DNA of 39,684 bases from Verrucomicrobiota bacterium (GTDB lineage Bacteria; Verrucomicrobiota; Verrucomicrobiia; Chthoniobacterales; UBA10450): assembly GCA_040003015.1 (NCBI GenBank), contig JBDUDH010000052.1, positions 1 through 39,684 of the forward strand, written 5' to 3'. Of this stretch, positions 26,670 to 34,416 are shown one piece after another; within the stretch, counting starts at the first letter, position 1; each line of letters begins with the position of its first letter. The translations under genes and the position numbers were made by a program. The notes under the pieces are model-generated. The model saw only the letters and a program-made list of their open reading frames with translations. It had not been told where the DNA came from and did no database searches.

Positions 26670-28517
26670 TTAAGCCGGCAACGGGAAACGTCGGGTTAAT
26701 TCCTGCACTTTCGAACGCACACGTCCGATCGCCGCATCGTCCTCGCGCCCGGCGAGTGCTTCCGCGAGCAGGTCCGCGATTTCCAGCATCTCTTCTTCTT
26801 TCATCCCGCGCGTAGTGACGGCGGGCGTCCCCAGACGGATGCCCCCCGGCCGAAAGATCGGATAAGTATCAAACGGAATCGCGTTTTTATTCACCGTGAT
26901 CCCGGCGCGATCGAGAACTTCCTGCGCCTGCTTGCCGTTGATTTCTTTCGGACGCAGATCGACGAGCATGAGATGATTGTCGGTGCCGCCGGAAACAATT
27001 CGATAACCATGCTTGGCGATTCCGGCCGCGAGCGCCTTTGCGTTCACGACGACCTGTCGCTGATATTCACGGAAGCCGGGTTGAAGGGCTTCGTGAAAAC
27101 AAACAGCTTTCGCTGCGATCACGTGCATAAGCGGGCCGCCTTGGATTCCGGGGAAAACCATGGAATCGATTTCTTTTGCGAACCGTTGCTCGCACAGGAC
27201 AATACCGCCGCGCGGTCCGCGCAAACTTTTGTGAGTGGTGGTGGTGACGAATTGCGCGTGCGGCATCGGATTTGGATGCTGCCCGCCCGCAACCAGACCG
27301 GCCACATGTGCCATGTCGATGAAAAGGATCGCGCCAACCGAATCGGCGATTTCACGAAGCCGCGAATAATCGAAAAAGCGCGGGTACGCGGACGCGCCGG
27401 CGGTGATCATTTGCGGCCGCACTTCCTCGGCCTGCTTCGCCAGTACCTCGTAATCGATCAACTCCGTCTTTTCATCGACGCCGTAGTGCGTCACTTGATA
27501 AAACTTGCCGGAAAAATTCGCCGGATGGCCATGGGTCAAATGACCGCCGTGCGCGAGATTCATGGTGAGAATTTTGTCGCCAGGTTTAATCGCCGCGAAA
27601 TAGACAGCCATGTTCGCCTGCGAACCGCTGTGCGGTTGAACGTTCGCGTGCTCGGCGCCGAAAATCTTTTTCGCCCGATCGATCGCCAGTTGTTCGACAG
27701 TGTCGACATTCTCACAACCGCCGTACCAACGTTTAGCAGGATAACCCTCGGCGTACTTATTTGTGAGTACGCTGCCTTGCGCCTCCATCACGGCGGGACT
27801 GGTGAAATTTTCCGATGCAATCAGTTCGATATTTTCGCGCTGCCGTTTTTCCTCCGCGGCAATCGCGTCGAAAATTTCCGGATCGACTCTGCGCAAGCCG
27901 CTGCCCGATGTGCCACTCGGTGCGAAGGATCCGATTCCTTGGTCAAAATGAGAAGGTAAGTTTCCCATAGCGTAAGAAGAGCTGCCGACGCCGCGCGATC
28001 GTCCGGGCACGGCTAGTTCGCTTTCTTCTACGAAGGCGAGCACGCTCGGTAAAGCGTTTTTAATGGTTTCAGCGCAAAGCGAATAAACGTCTCGGCCCAT
28101 TCCGATCGGATCAGGCAAATCACGCCAGAGAGTTGCACCGGGCTCTTCAAATTCCCGCAGCAGAAACGTCTTCTCCGCGCCATGTGGATAGAGCAGGTGA
28201 ATCGTTTCCAGATGGGACGCGGTCATCGCGAAAATGTGCGTGGCGCGTTCGACCAGGGTAGCCGTGAGCGGTTGACTGCGAAAACCGGAAATATCGATGT
28301 CTTCGCGTTGCAATACTTCAACAGCATAAAGGCTCGGCGGTTGTCCGCGCACCGCGTGTACGCCAGCGGATTCGACCCCTACGTCCTTCCGGTTCCCGAG
28401 AAGCCGCCGGAAAAGTCCTTCGGCCATGGGGCTTCGACAGATGTTGCCCGTGCAGACAAAGAGGACGTGTTTCACGATAGAACCGCAGCGGCGATTGCCC
28501 AGCCAACCTAAAATCAA
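26670..28517 (-). CDS. glyA: Fusion protein: low-molecular-weight protein phosphatase domain + serine hydroxymethyltransferase
   Basis: Single uninterrupted 615-codon ORF. Residues about 17-165 form an LMW-PTP domain ([18 protein letters not shown]-loop CX5R(S); DLPDPIG Asp loop). Residues about 205-615 form a complete SHMT ([31 protein letters not shown]; [17 protein letters not shown]-lysine motif). The linker of about 40 aa is Gly/Ser-rich. The true start may be GTG 28475. Confidence 0.8.
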   Translation of the reverse strand: MILGWLGNRRCGSIVKHVLFVCTGNICRSPMAEGLFRRLLGNRKDVGVESAGVHAVRGQPPSLYAVEVLQREDIDISGFRSQPLTATLVERATHIFAMTASHLETIHLLYPHGAEKTFLLREFEEPGATLWRDLPDPIGMGRDVYSLCAETIKNALPSVLAFVEESELAVPGRSRGVGSSSYAMGNLPSHFDQGIGSFAPSGTSGSGLRRVDPEIFDAIAAEEKRQRENIELIASENFTSPAVMEAQGSVLTNKYAEGYPAKRWYGGCENVDTVEQLAIDRAKKIFGAEHANVQPHSGSQANMAVYFAAIKPGDKILTMNLAHGGHLTHGHPANFSGKFYQVTHYGVDEKTELIDYEVLAKQAEEVRPQMITAGASAYPRFFDYSRLREIADSVGAILFIDMAHVAGLVAGGQHPNPMPHAQFVTTTTHKSLRGPRGGIVLCEQRFAKEIDSMVFPGIQGGPLMHVIAAKAVCFHEALQPGFREYQRQVVVNAKALAAGIAKHGYRIVSGGTDNHLMLVDLRPKEINGKQAQEVLDRAGITVNKNAIPFDTYPIFRPGGIRLGTPAVTTRGMKEEEMLEIADLLAEALAGREDDAAIGRVRSKVQELTRRFPLPA

Positions 28518-28619
28518 AAGCGGTCAAGTCAAAACAGCGAGCGGGATCGTCACAGGTCGTCGGATCCGAGCCGCTCCGGTTGACAAAACGCCGCGCATGC
28601 GCTTCTGCAATACGTAACT

Positions 28620-29279
28620 ATGCGATTCCTTTCTCATCTGTTTTTCCTTGGCGCGATGGCGACCATCGCGCTGCTGACCGGTTGTGCAGTTACGCCGCAC
28701 ACGAATGGCATTTATCATGTCACCGCCCTTCGACCAAATGATCCGTCGAAAGTGCGCGTGAAGGTTTCGCTTTCCAAACAGAATGTTTACGTCATGGAGG
28801 GTGATCGCTGCCTCATGGCGGCCGCGATTTCGGTTGGCATTCCGTCAAAGCCGACGCCGAAGGGAAGTTTCACAATCTATTCAAAACAGGAACAGAAACG
28901 CTCGGGCTCATATGGATTCCGTGTGCAAAAAGACCGGGTGGTGCCCGCGGATGCTGGGCAATCGATTCCTGGTCGTTACGTCGGCTATCCCATGGGATTC
29001 TGGTGCGAATTTTCCCCTGCGTACGGCTTCCATCAAGGATTCGTTCATCCGTATCCGCGCACGCATGGATGTATTCGTTTACACGGTGAGGCAGCGCCAA
29101 AATTTTTTACGCTCGTAAAGATCGGGACGCCGGTGAACATCGCTGATACGCAGCCCGAAGACGCGACGCTCGCGTCGAAAGTGTGGCGCGTCGACGACTC
29201 GAAGGCGCCCGATCCTGATCCGCGTCTCATGGTTTCCTCGGAAGCATTTCAGAAACCGTCTGGATCTTTGCTCGAGTAG
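28620..29279 (+). CDS. L,D-transpeptidase (YkuD domain) lipoprotein
   Basis: Lipobox-like LLTGC near the N-terminus. The YkuD catalytic motif is HQGFVHPYPRTHGCIRL (H...S/T-HGC-I/V-R). Confidence 0.85.
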   Translation: MRFLSHLFFLGAMATIALLTGCAVTPHTNGIYHVTALRPNDPSKVRVKVSLSKQNVYVMEGDRCLMAAAISVGIPSKPTPKGSFTIYSKQEQKRSGSYGFRVQKDRVVPADAGQSIPGRYVGYPMGFWCEFSPAYGFHQGFVHPYPRTHGCIRLHGEAAPKFFTLVKIGTPVNIADTQPEDATLASKVWRVDDSKAPDPDPRLMVSSEAFQKPSGSLLE

Positions 29280-29302
29280 CATCCGTAAGCTGCGAATATT
29301 TC

Positions 29303-30544
29303 GTGAGCACCAATCTGATTTCTAGCGGCACGCCGGCGCGCGAGAAAGTTAACCTCCGCACGCCGGAAGTGATGACGCAGGTGCAGGAGCAGGTCGAATC
29401 CCATTACCGAAGCGATATCGTTGAGAAAATTCGGCGCGCGGGCGGAATTATTTCCGTAGGCAATGTCACCGTGCGATTAGCGAAGCAATTCGGATTTTGT
29501 TACGGAGTGGAACGCGCGATCGATCTGGCCTATGCCGCGCGAAAAGTCTTTAAAGATCGCCGGCTCTTCATCGTCGGCGAGATCATTCACAATCCAGAGG
29601 TCAACGAGCAAATCTCGTCGTTAGGCATCAAAAATTTGATGGGTAAAAACAAAGAAGCGGAGATCGCCGATCTGCGCCCGGATGACGTCGTGATCGTGCC
29701 GGCATTCGGCACCGAAGTGTCGACCTTGCAGCAGATCAAAGATCGCGGCTGCCAGATTGTCGATACCACCTGCGGCGATGTGATGAGCGTTTGGAAGCGG
29801 GTGCGCAAATACGCGAGCGAATCGGCGACTTCGATCATCCACGGGAAAGCTGAGCATGAAGAAACCAAAGCAACGAGCTCGCGAGCGCGCGGCGACGGGA
29901 AAGGTCATTATCTCGTGGTCTTGACTTTGGCCGAAACCGATTACGTCTGCGATTACATCCGCCACGGCGGGGACAAGCATGCCTTCCTCGAAAAATTCCG
30001 CAATGCACATTCGCCGGACTTCGATCCCGACGTGCACTTGAAAACCGTTGGGGTAGCTAATCAAACCACCATGTTGCGCGGCGAGACGGAAGAAGTGCAG
30101 CGTCGTATTCGTCAGGCAATCGTGGACCGCGACGGGCCGGAATTAGCCGCAAAAAACTTTCGTTTCTTCGATACGATTTGCGGCGCGACGCAGGAACGGC
30201 AGGATGCATTGCGCGAGTTGCTGGATGTCCGAATGGATCTTCTGCTTGTCGTCGGTGGATACAACAGCTCGAACACTTCCCACCTGGCGGAAATGGGGGA
30301 AGAGAAACTTCCAACTTATTTTGTGCTCAATGCCAGCCGGCTGCTCTCGGCTAAGGAAATTCTGCATTATAATCTGCACGAACGGCGTGAAGTCGTGGCG
30401 CGCAATTGGCTGCCGCAGGGACCAATCGTCATAGGAATTACCGCCGGCGCCTCTTGTCCAAACAATCTGATCGAGGAAACACTGCTTCGCCTTTTCGAGC
30501 TGCGCGGGATCAAGCCCGAGGAGCTAAATTTCGCTGGCGATTAG
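29303..30544 (+). CDS. ispH: 4-hydroxy-3-methylbut-2-enyl diphosphate reductase, long (plant/cyanobacterial-type) form
   Basis: The FGFCYGVERAIDLAY first-Cys motif, TTCGDV and ITAGASCPN are the three cluster-Cys regions. At 413 aa it carries an N-terminal extension of about 55 aa (HYRSDIVEKIRRAGG...GNVTVRLAKQ). GTG start. Confidence 0.9.
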   Translation: MSTNLISSGTPAREKVNLRTPEVMTQVQEQVESHYRSDIVEKIRRAGGIISVGNVTVRLAKQFGFCYGVERAIDLAYAARKVFKDRRLFIVGEIIHNPEVNEQISSLGIKNLMGKNKEAEIADLRPDDVVIVPAFGTEVSTLQQIKDRGCQIVDTTCGDVMSVWKRVRKYASESATSIIHGKAEHEETKATSSRARGDGKGHYLVVLTLAETDYVCDYIRHGGDKHAFLEKFRNAHSPDFDPDVHLKTVGVANQTTMLRGETEEVQRRIRQAIVDRDGPELAAKNFRFFDTICGATQERQDALRELLDVRMDLLLVVGGYNSSNTSHLAEMGEEKLPTYFVLNASRLLSAKEILHYNLHERREVVARNWLPQGPIVIGITAGASCPNNLIEETLLRLFELRGIKPEELNFAGD

Positions 30545-30592
30545 GCAGAAAATCCGCGCAGCTTTGCACTGAGACGCGAAATCTTTCCAGAT

Positions 30593-31429
30593 ATGCGCGC
30601 TATTTGGAAAGGAAGTATCAGCTTCGGTTTGGTCAATATTCCCATCGCCCTTTATCCGGCAACGCGGAAGGAGGAGCTGAAGTTTCGGTTGCTTCGAGCC
30701 AAGGATCTTAGCCCGGTCAATTACAAACGGGTCGCGGAAGCCGACGGCAAGGAAGTACCGTGGGGCGAAATCGTGAAGGGTTATGAATACGGGAAGGGGA
30801 AATTCATCGTGCTCAAGGACGAAGATTTTCAGCGAGTCGATTTGGAGGCGACGCAGACCGTCGATATTCAGGATTTTGTCGATGTCGAAGAGATCAATCC
30901 GATGTTTTTTTACAAGCCGTACTACCTCGAACCTCAGAAGGGTGGGGATAAAGCCTATGTGCTTTTGCGCAAAGCGTTGGCGCAAAGCAATAGAGTCGGC
31001 ATCGCCAAGGTCGTGATAAAAACGCGGCAGTATCTCGCCGGCGTGAAGGCCGAGGACGATGTCCTGATTCTGGAGCTGATGCACTTCGCCGAGGAACTGG
31101 TAGAGGCCGACAAACTCAACGTTCCAAAAAAGCTCGAGCCGGGGAAGCGAGAGCTCGATATGGCCAAGGCGCTGGTCGACAGCATGAGCTCGAAGTGGAA
31201 TCCTGAAAAATACCGTGATAATTACCGTGATGCGCTCATGGAAGTAATTGAAGAAAAAGTCGAATTGGGTGGCAAAGAGATTGAAGAAAAGCCGAAGCAA
31301 AAAAAAGTCTCTGCGAAAGTGATCGATCTCGTGGCAGTTTTGCAGGAAAGCCTGGCCAAGACACAAGGCACGAAGAAAAAACAGACGACCAGACACACCG
31401 CCAGGTATCGGACAAAAAAGGCGGCGTAG
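30593..31429 (+). CDS. ku: Non-homologous end-joining protein Ku
   Basis: The N-terminus MRAIWKGSISFGLVNIPIALYPAT is the hallmark bacterial Ku start. The protein is 278 aa with a Lys-rich C-terminal tail. Confidence 0.93.
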   Translation: MRAIWKGSISFGLVNIPIALYPATRKEELKFRLLRAKDLSPVNYKRVAEADGKEVPWGEIVKGYEYGKGKFIVLKDEDFQRVDLEATQTVDIQDFVDVEEINPMFFYKPYYLEPQKGGDKAYVLLRKALAQSNRVGIAKVVIKTRQYLAGVKAEDDVLILELMHFAEELVEADKLNVPKKLEPGKRELDMAKALVDSMSSKWNPEKYRDNYRDALMEVIEEKVELGGKEIEEKPKQKKVSAKVIDLVAVLQESLAKTQGTKKKQTTRHTARYRTKKAA

Positions 31430-31440
31430 CTCTCCCGGCC

Positions 31441-31472
31441 AAAGGTTACTCCAGATAGTACGAGTACCTTTT
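31441..31472 (+). terminator. Weak AT-rich hairpin followed by T-run downstream of ku
   Basis: AAAGGT/TACT ... AGTA/ACCTTT forms an interrupted inverted repeat followed by TT, beginning 12 nt after the ku stop. The stem is AT-rich and bulged, so the call is weak. Confidence 0.3.
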
Positions 31473-31502
31473 CAATAATGCTAAGTCATCTCGTAAATGG
31501 CC

Positions 31503-31577
31503 GCGCTGGAGGGACGAGCTCTGTCCCGTCCCAAATCGCGTCCAGATAAGGGACGCCATCGAGGGCGTTCCTCCAGC
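31503..31577. repeat. Compound imperfect palindrome built from GGGACG/CGTCCC units
   Basis: GCTGGAGGGACG (31505-31516) can pair over 12 bp with CGTTCCTCCAGC (31566-31577). Alternatively, two local hairpins can form: GGGACG 31511-16 with CGTCCC 31527-32, and GGGACGCC 31550-57 with GGCGTTCC 31564-71. The element is intergenic between ku and the M13 peptidase gene. Confidence 0.6.
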
Positions 31578-31741
31578 AATCTATCTTTTATCAGCGCCCA
31601 TGGACCTCCCGAGAAATGCCTCACTTCGTTCATGAGGTGACTTGTACGAGATCAAACCTAACAATTTCTCGTTGGCGCAGGCGGGTTACGGTTCACATGC
31701 AGGATTGGACAAGCGTGCGCCTTCAGCTTTTCTTTGCCGTC

Positions 31742-33826
31742 ATGAGTAAACCGTTTCTCCTCGTTGTCGCGGCTCTAGTTTGCGCCGTAGGCCTGCAAGC
31801 ATCTCCAAAGTCTACGTCTGAACAAAGTCCCGAAGACGCACCGAAGCCCACGATCGACAAAAACCCGCCGCCGCTCGATCCGAAAAACATGGATACATCG
31901 GTCAAGCCGTCGGACGATTTCTATCAGTACGCCAACGGCGGCTGGATTAGGCGCAATCCGATCCCGCCGGAATTTTCCCGCTGGGGTAGCTTCAATGAGC
32001 TGACCGAGAAGAATAATGACGCGCTGCATAAGATCGTAGACAAAGCGGCGGCGGAAGCTTCAAAGGCGCCGGAAGGTTCCATCGAGCAAAAGGTTGGCGA
32101 TTATTACGCCAGCGGAATGGATGAAAAGGCAGTTAATGATGCGCGAATCAAGCCCTTCGATGACGAGTTCAAGCGCATCGACGCGATGAAAGATCGCGCC
32201 GATTTGGTGAAGGAAATCGGCCACCTGCACAGCATCGGGATCGGCGGATTGTTCGGATTCACTTCCGGCCAAGACGACAAAAACAGCACGATGGTCATTG
32301 CACAGGCCTATCAAGGCGGGCTCGGTCTCCCGGATCGCGACTATTACACCAAGACGGACGACGCTTCGAAAAAGTTACGCGACCAGTATATCGAGCATGT
32401 CACGAAAATGTTGAGCCTGGTGGGCGGGCCAGCAGACAAGGCGAAGGCAGACGCGAACAAGATCATGGCGATCGAGACTTCGCTGGCCGTCCCATCCATG
32501 ACGCGAGTCGAGCTGCGCGATCCGCAGAAGGTCTATCACAAAATGGCCCAGGAGGACTTGCAGGCGCTCACGCCAGACTTCGATTGGGCCGCCTATTTCA
32601 AAGAAATCGGATTGACCGTGCCCGGAGACATCAACGTGGGACAGCCGAATTTCTTCAAAGAGGCCAGCAACATCTTCACCAAGACGTCGATGGATGATTG
32701 GAAAATTTATTTGCACTGGCATCTCATTCACGGAATAGCGCCTGACGTTTCGCAAGATTTTGTCGATGAAAACTTCCACTTCTACGGGACGATTTTGACC
32801 GGCGCGGAAAAATTGAAACCGCGCTGGAAACGAATCGTCGGATCCACCGACAACGCGCTGGGAGAAGCGCTCGGCAAGCTTTACGTGGCCGATAATTTTC
32901 CGCCCGAAGCAAAAGCCCGCGCTCTCGAGATGGTCAATAATCTCAAAGTCGCCCTGGCCGATCGCATCAAAACACTCGAGTGGATGGATGAACCGACGAA
33001 ACAGGAAGCTCTCAAAAAGCTCGCGGCATTCACCGTCAAGATCGGTTATCCGGACAAATGGCGCGATTATTCGCTGCTGAAAATTGATCGCGGACCGTAT
33101 CTCTTAAACGTCGCGCGCGCGGATGAATTCGAGATCAAACGCGTACTGAACAAGATCGGCAAGCCGGTCGATCGCAGCGAATGGGGAATGACGCCGCCAA
33201 CGGTGAACGCCTATTACAATCCCAACCTTAACGAGATCGTTTTTCCCGCCGGCATTTTGCAACCACCATTCTTCGATCCAAAGGCGGATGACGCCGTGAA
33301 CTACGGCGGAATGGGCGCCGTAATCGGGCACGAAATGACGCACGGTTTCGATGATCAGGGCCGGCAATACGACGCGGTCGGCAACTTGCGTGACTGGTGG
33401 TCGAAGGAATCGGCGCAGGAATTTGAGAAACGTTCGAAGAAAGTGGTCGAGCAATACAGCAGCTACAAACCGATCGACGATTTGCCCATTAATGGTGAGC
33501 TTACTCAGGGCGAAAACATCGCGGACATTGGCGGCGTAAAGATCGCTTACGCCGCCTTCAAGAAAGCGCTTGCCGGCAAGCCGAAACCCGAAAATATCGA
33601 TGGCTTCACGGCCGAGCAGCGTTTTTTCCTAGGCTACGCGCAAATCTGGCGCACCAACCAGCGACCCGAAGATTTGAAGCTGCGTTTAAACACCGATCCA
33701 CACTCGCCGGGGCAATACCGGGCAAATGGTCCGCTTTCAGACATTCAGGAGTTCGCGGCAGCGTTCAATCTGCCGGAAGATTGTCCGATGGTACGTCGGC
33801 CTAACGAGCGAGTGAACATCTGGTGA
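31742..33826 (+). CDS. Secreted M13-family zinc metallopeptidase (PepO / endothelin-converting-enzyme-like)
   Basis: HEMTHGFD zinc motif, NAYY, and GENIADIGG (the E of the ExxxD third ligand region). The track ORF starts at 31616, but ATG 31742 gives a signal peptide MSKPFLLVVAALVCAVGLQASP. Confidence 0.92.
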   Translation: MSKPFLLVVAALVCAVGLQASPKSTSEQSPEDAPKPTIDKNPPPLDPKNMDTSVKPSDDFYQYANGGWIRRNPIPPEFSRWGSFNELTEKNNDALHKIVDKAAAEASKAPEGSIEQKVGDYYASGMDEKAVNDARIKPFDDEFKRIDAMKDRADLVKEIGHLHSIGIGGLFGFTSGQDDKNSTMVIAQAYQGGLGLPDRDYYTKTDDASKKLRDQYIEHVTKMLSLVGGPADKAKADANKIMAIETSLAVPSMTRVELRDPQKVYHKMAQEDLQALTPDFDWAAYFKEIGLTVPGDINVGQPNFFKEASNIFTKTSMDDWKIYLHWHLIHGIAPDVSQDFVDENFHFYGTILTGAEKLKPRWKRIVGSTDNALGEALGKLYVADNFPPEAKARALEMVNNLKVALADRIKTLEWMDEPTKQEALKKLAAFTVKIGYPDKWRDYSLLKIDRGPYLLNVARADEFEIKRVLNKIGKPVDRSEWGMTPPTVNAYYNPNLNEIVFPAGILQPPFFDPKADDAVNYGGMGAVIGHEMTHGFDDQGRQYDAVGNLRDWWSKESAQEFEKRSKKVVEQYSSYKPIDDLPINGELTQGENIADIGGVKIAYAAFKKALAGKPKPENIDGFTAEQRFFLGYAQIWRTNQRPEDLKLRLNTDPHSPGQYRANGPLSDIQEFAAAFNLPEDCPMVRRPNERVNIW

Positions 33827-33905
33827 TCGCTCATTATGGTTTGCTGCTCGACCAGAGTTCGCTGGACGGCGAGCTGCGATGCTGTGCCCTTGCTCCTTCT
33901 TAGTT

Positions 33906-34005
33906 GTCATCCTGAGCGAAGCGGAGTCGAAGGATCTCTCACTATTGTTTCCGCCCTGAACCAGGCCGGGCGAAGCAAGAGATTCTTCGACAAGCTCAGA
34001 ATGAC
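33906..34005. repeat. 100-nt imperfect palindromic intergenic element (GTCATCCTGAGCGAAGC...GCTCAGAATGAC type)
   Basis: The left arm is GTCATCCTGAGC-gaagcgga-GTCGAAGGATCTCT. It pairs with the right arm AGAGATTCTTCGAC-aa-GCTCAGAATGAC. A nested apical CGCCC...GGGCG stem is also present. The element sits between convergent genes (the M13 peptidase and the TPR protein). Confidence 0.7.
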
Positions 34006-34051
34006 AATGAAAAAAAGGGGGTAAAACGCGGTCGTCTCTTCACTGGCTGGT

Positions 34052-34387
34052 TCACGTCTCCTTCGCGATTTTCCCACCCCAGGAAAGAATCTTCGCTTTT
34101 GTTCCGGCGGACTCCGCTTCTGTGATGTCGCCGGCGCGATTATAAAAAAGTGACAAACTCGTCCAGCCAATCTGGTCGTTAGGCTTGAGTTCTACAACTT
34201 TCTTTCCGGCCTCGATCGCTTCCGCAAAACGGCCAATTTTCATGAGCGTCATGCCGAGCGCATGCCAGCCGTCGCAAAAATTTGCATCCATCTCCACACA
34301 GCTCCGATATTTGTCGACCGCACTCTCCAGGTCGCCCACGGCGAGATCGCCATTGGCTTCATCGAAGATTTCCTCAACCCCTTCCAT
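34052..34387 (-). CDS. Small TPR-repeat protein
   Basis: TPR-like repeats are visible (GDLESAVDKYRSCVEMDANFCDGWHALGMTLMKIGRFAEAIEAGKKVVELKPND...). ATG 34387 (MEGVEEIF) is chosen because the longer track ORF (to 34468) overlaps the upstream gene's 3' end. Confidence 0.65.
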   Translation of the reverse strand: MEGVEEIFDEANGDLAVGDLESAVDKYRSCVEMDANFCDGWHALGMTLMKIGRFAEAIEAGKKVVELKPNDQIGWTSLSLFYNRAGDITEAESAGTKAKILSWGGKIAKET

Positions 34388-34416
34388 CTGGATGAAGCGC
34401 TGTTTGCCCAAATGAT

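Noticed and set aside
26973-27959. 328-aa plus-strand ORF inside glyA
   Set aside because: It is antisense to a full-length SHMT with all conserved motifs. It has no recognisable motifs of its own, so it is a shadow ORF.
28476-28619. Possible ZTP (pfl) or THF riboswitch in the leader of the phosphatase-glyA gene
   Set aside because: glyA is a classic ZTP-riboswitch target, and the minus strand reads ...GGTTGGCTGGGCAATCGCC..., faintly like the CCGCCUGGGCA pseudoknot arm. However, I could not find the upstream GGGUCGUGAC-type subdomain in the right order. The similar stretch may also be coding if the ATG at 28517 is used. A cmsearch with RF01750/RF01831 would settle it.
30524-31396. 290-aa minus-strand ORF covering almost all of ku
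   Set aside because: It is antisense to a gene with an unmistakable Ku N-terminus. Its product is a Phe/Leu-rich low-information sequence, as expected from reading a Lys/Glu-rich gene backwards. It is treated as a shadow ORF.
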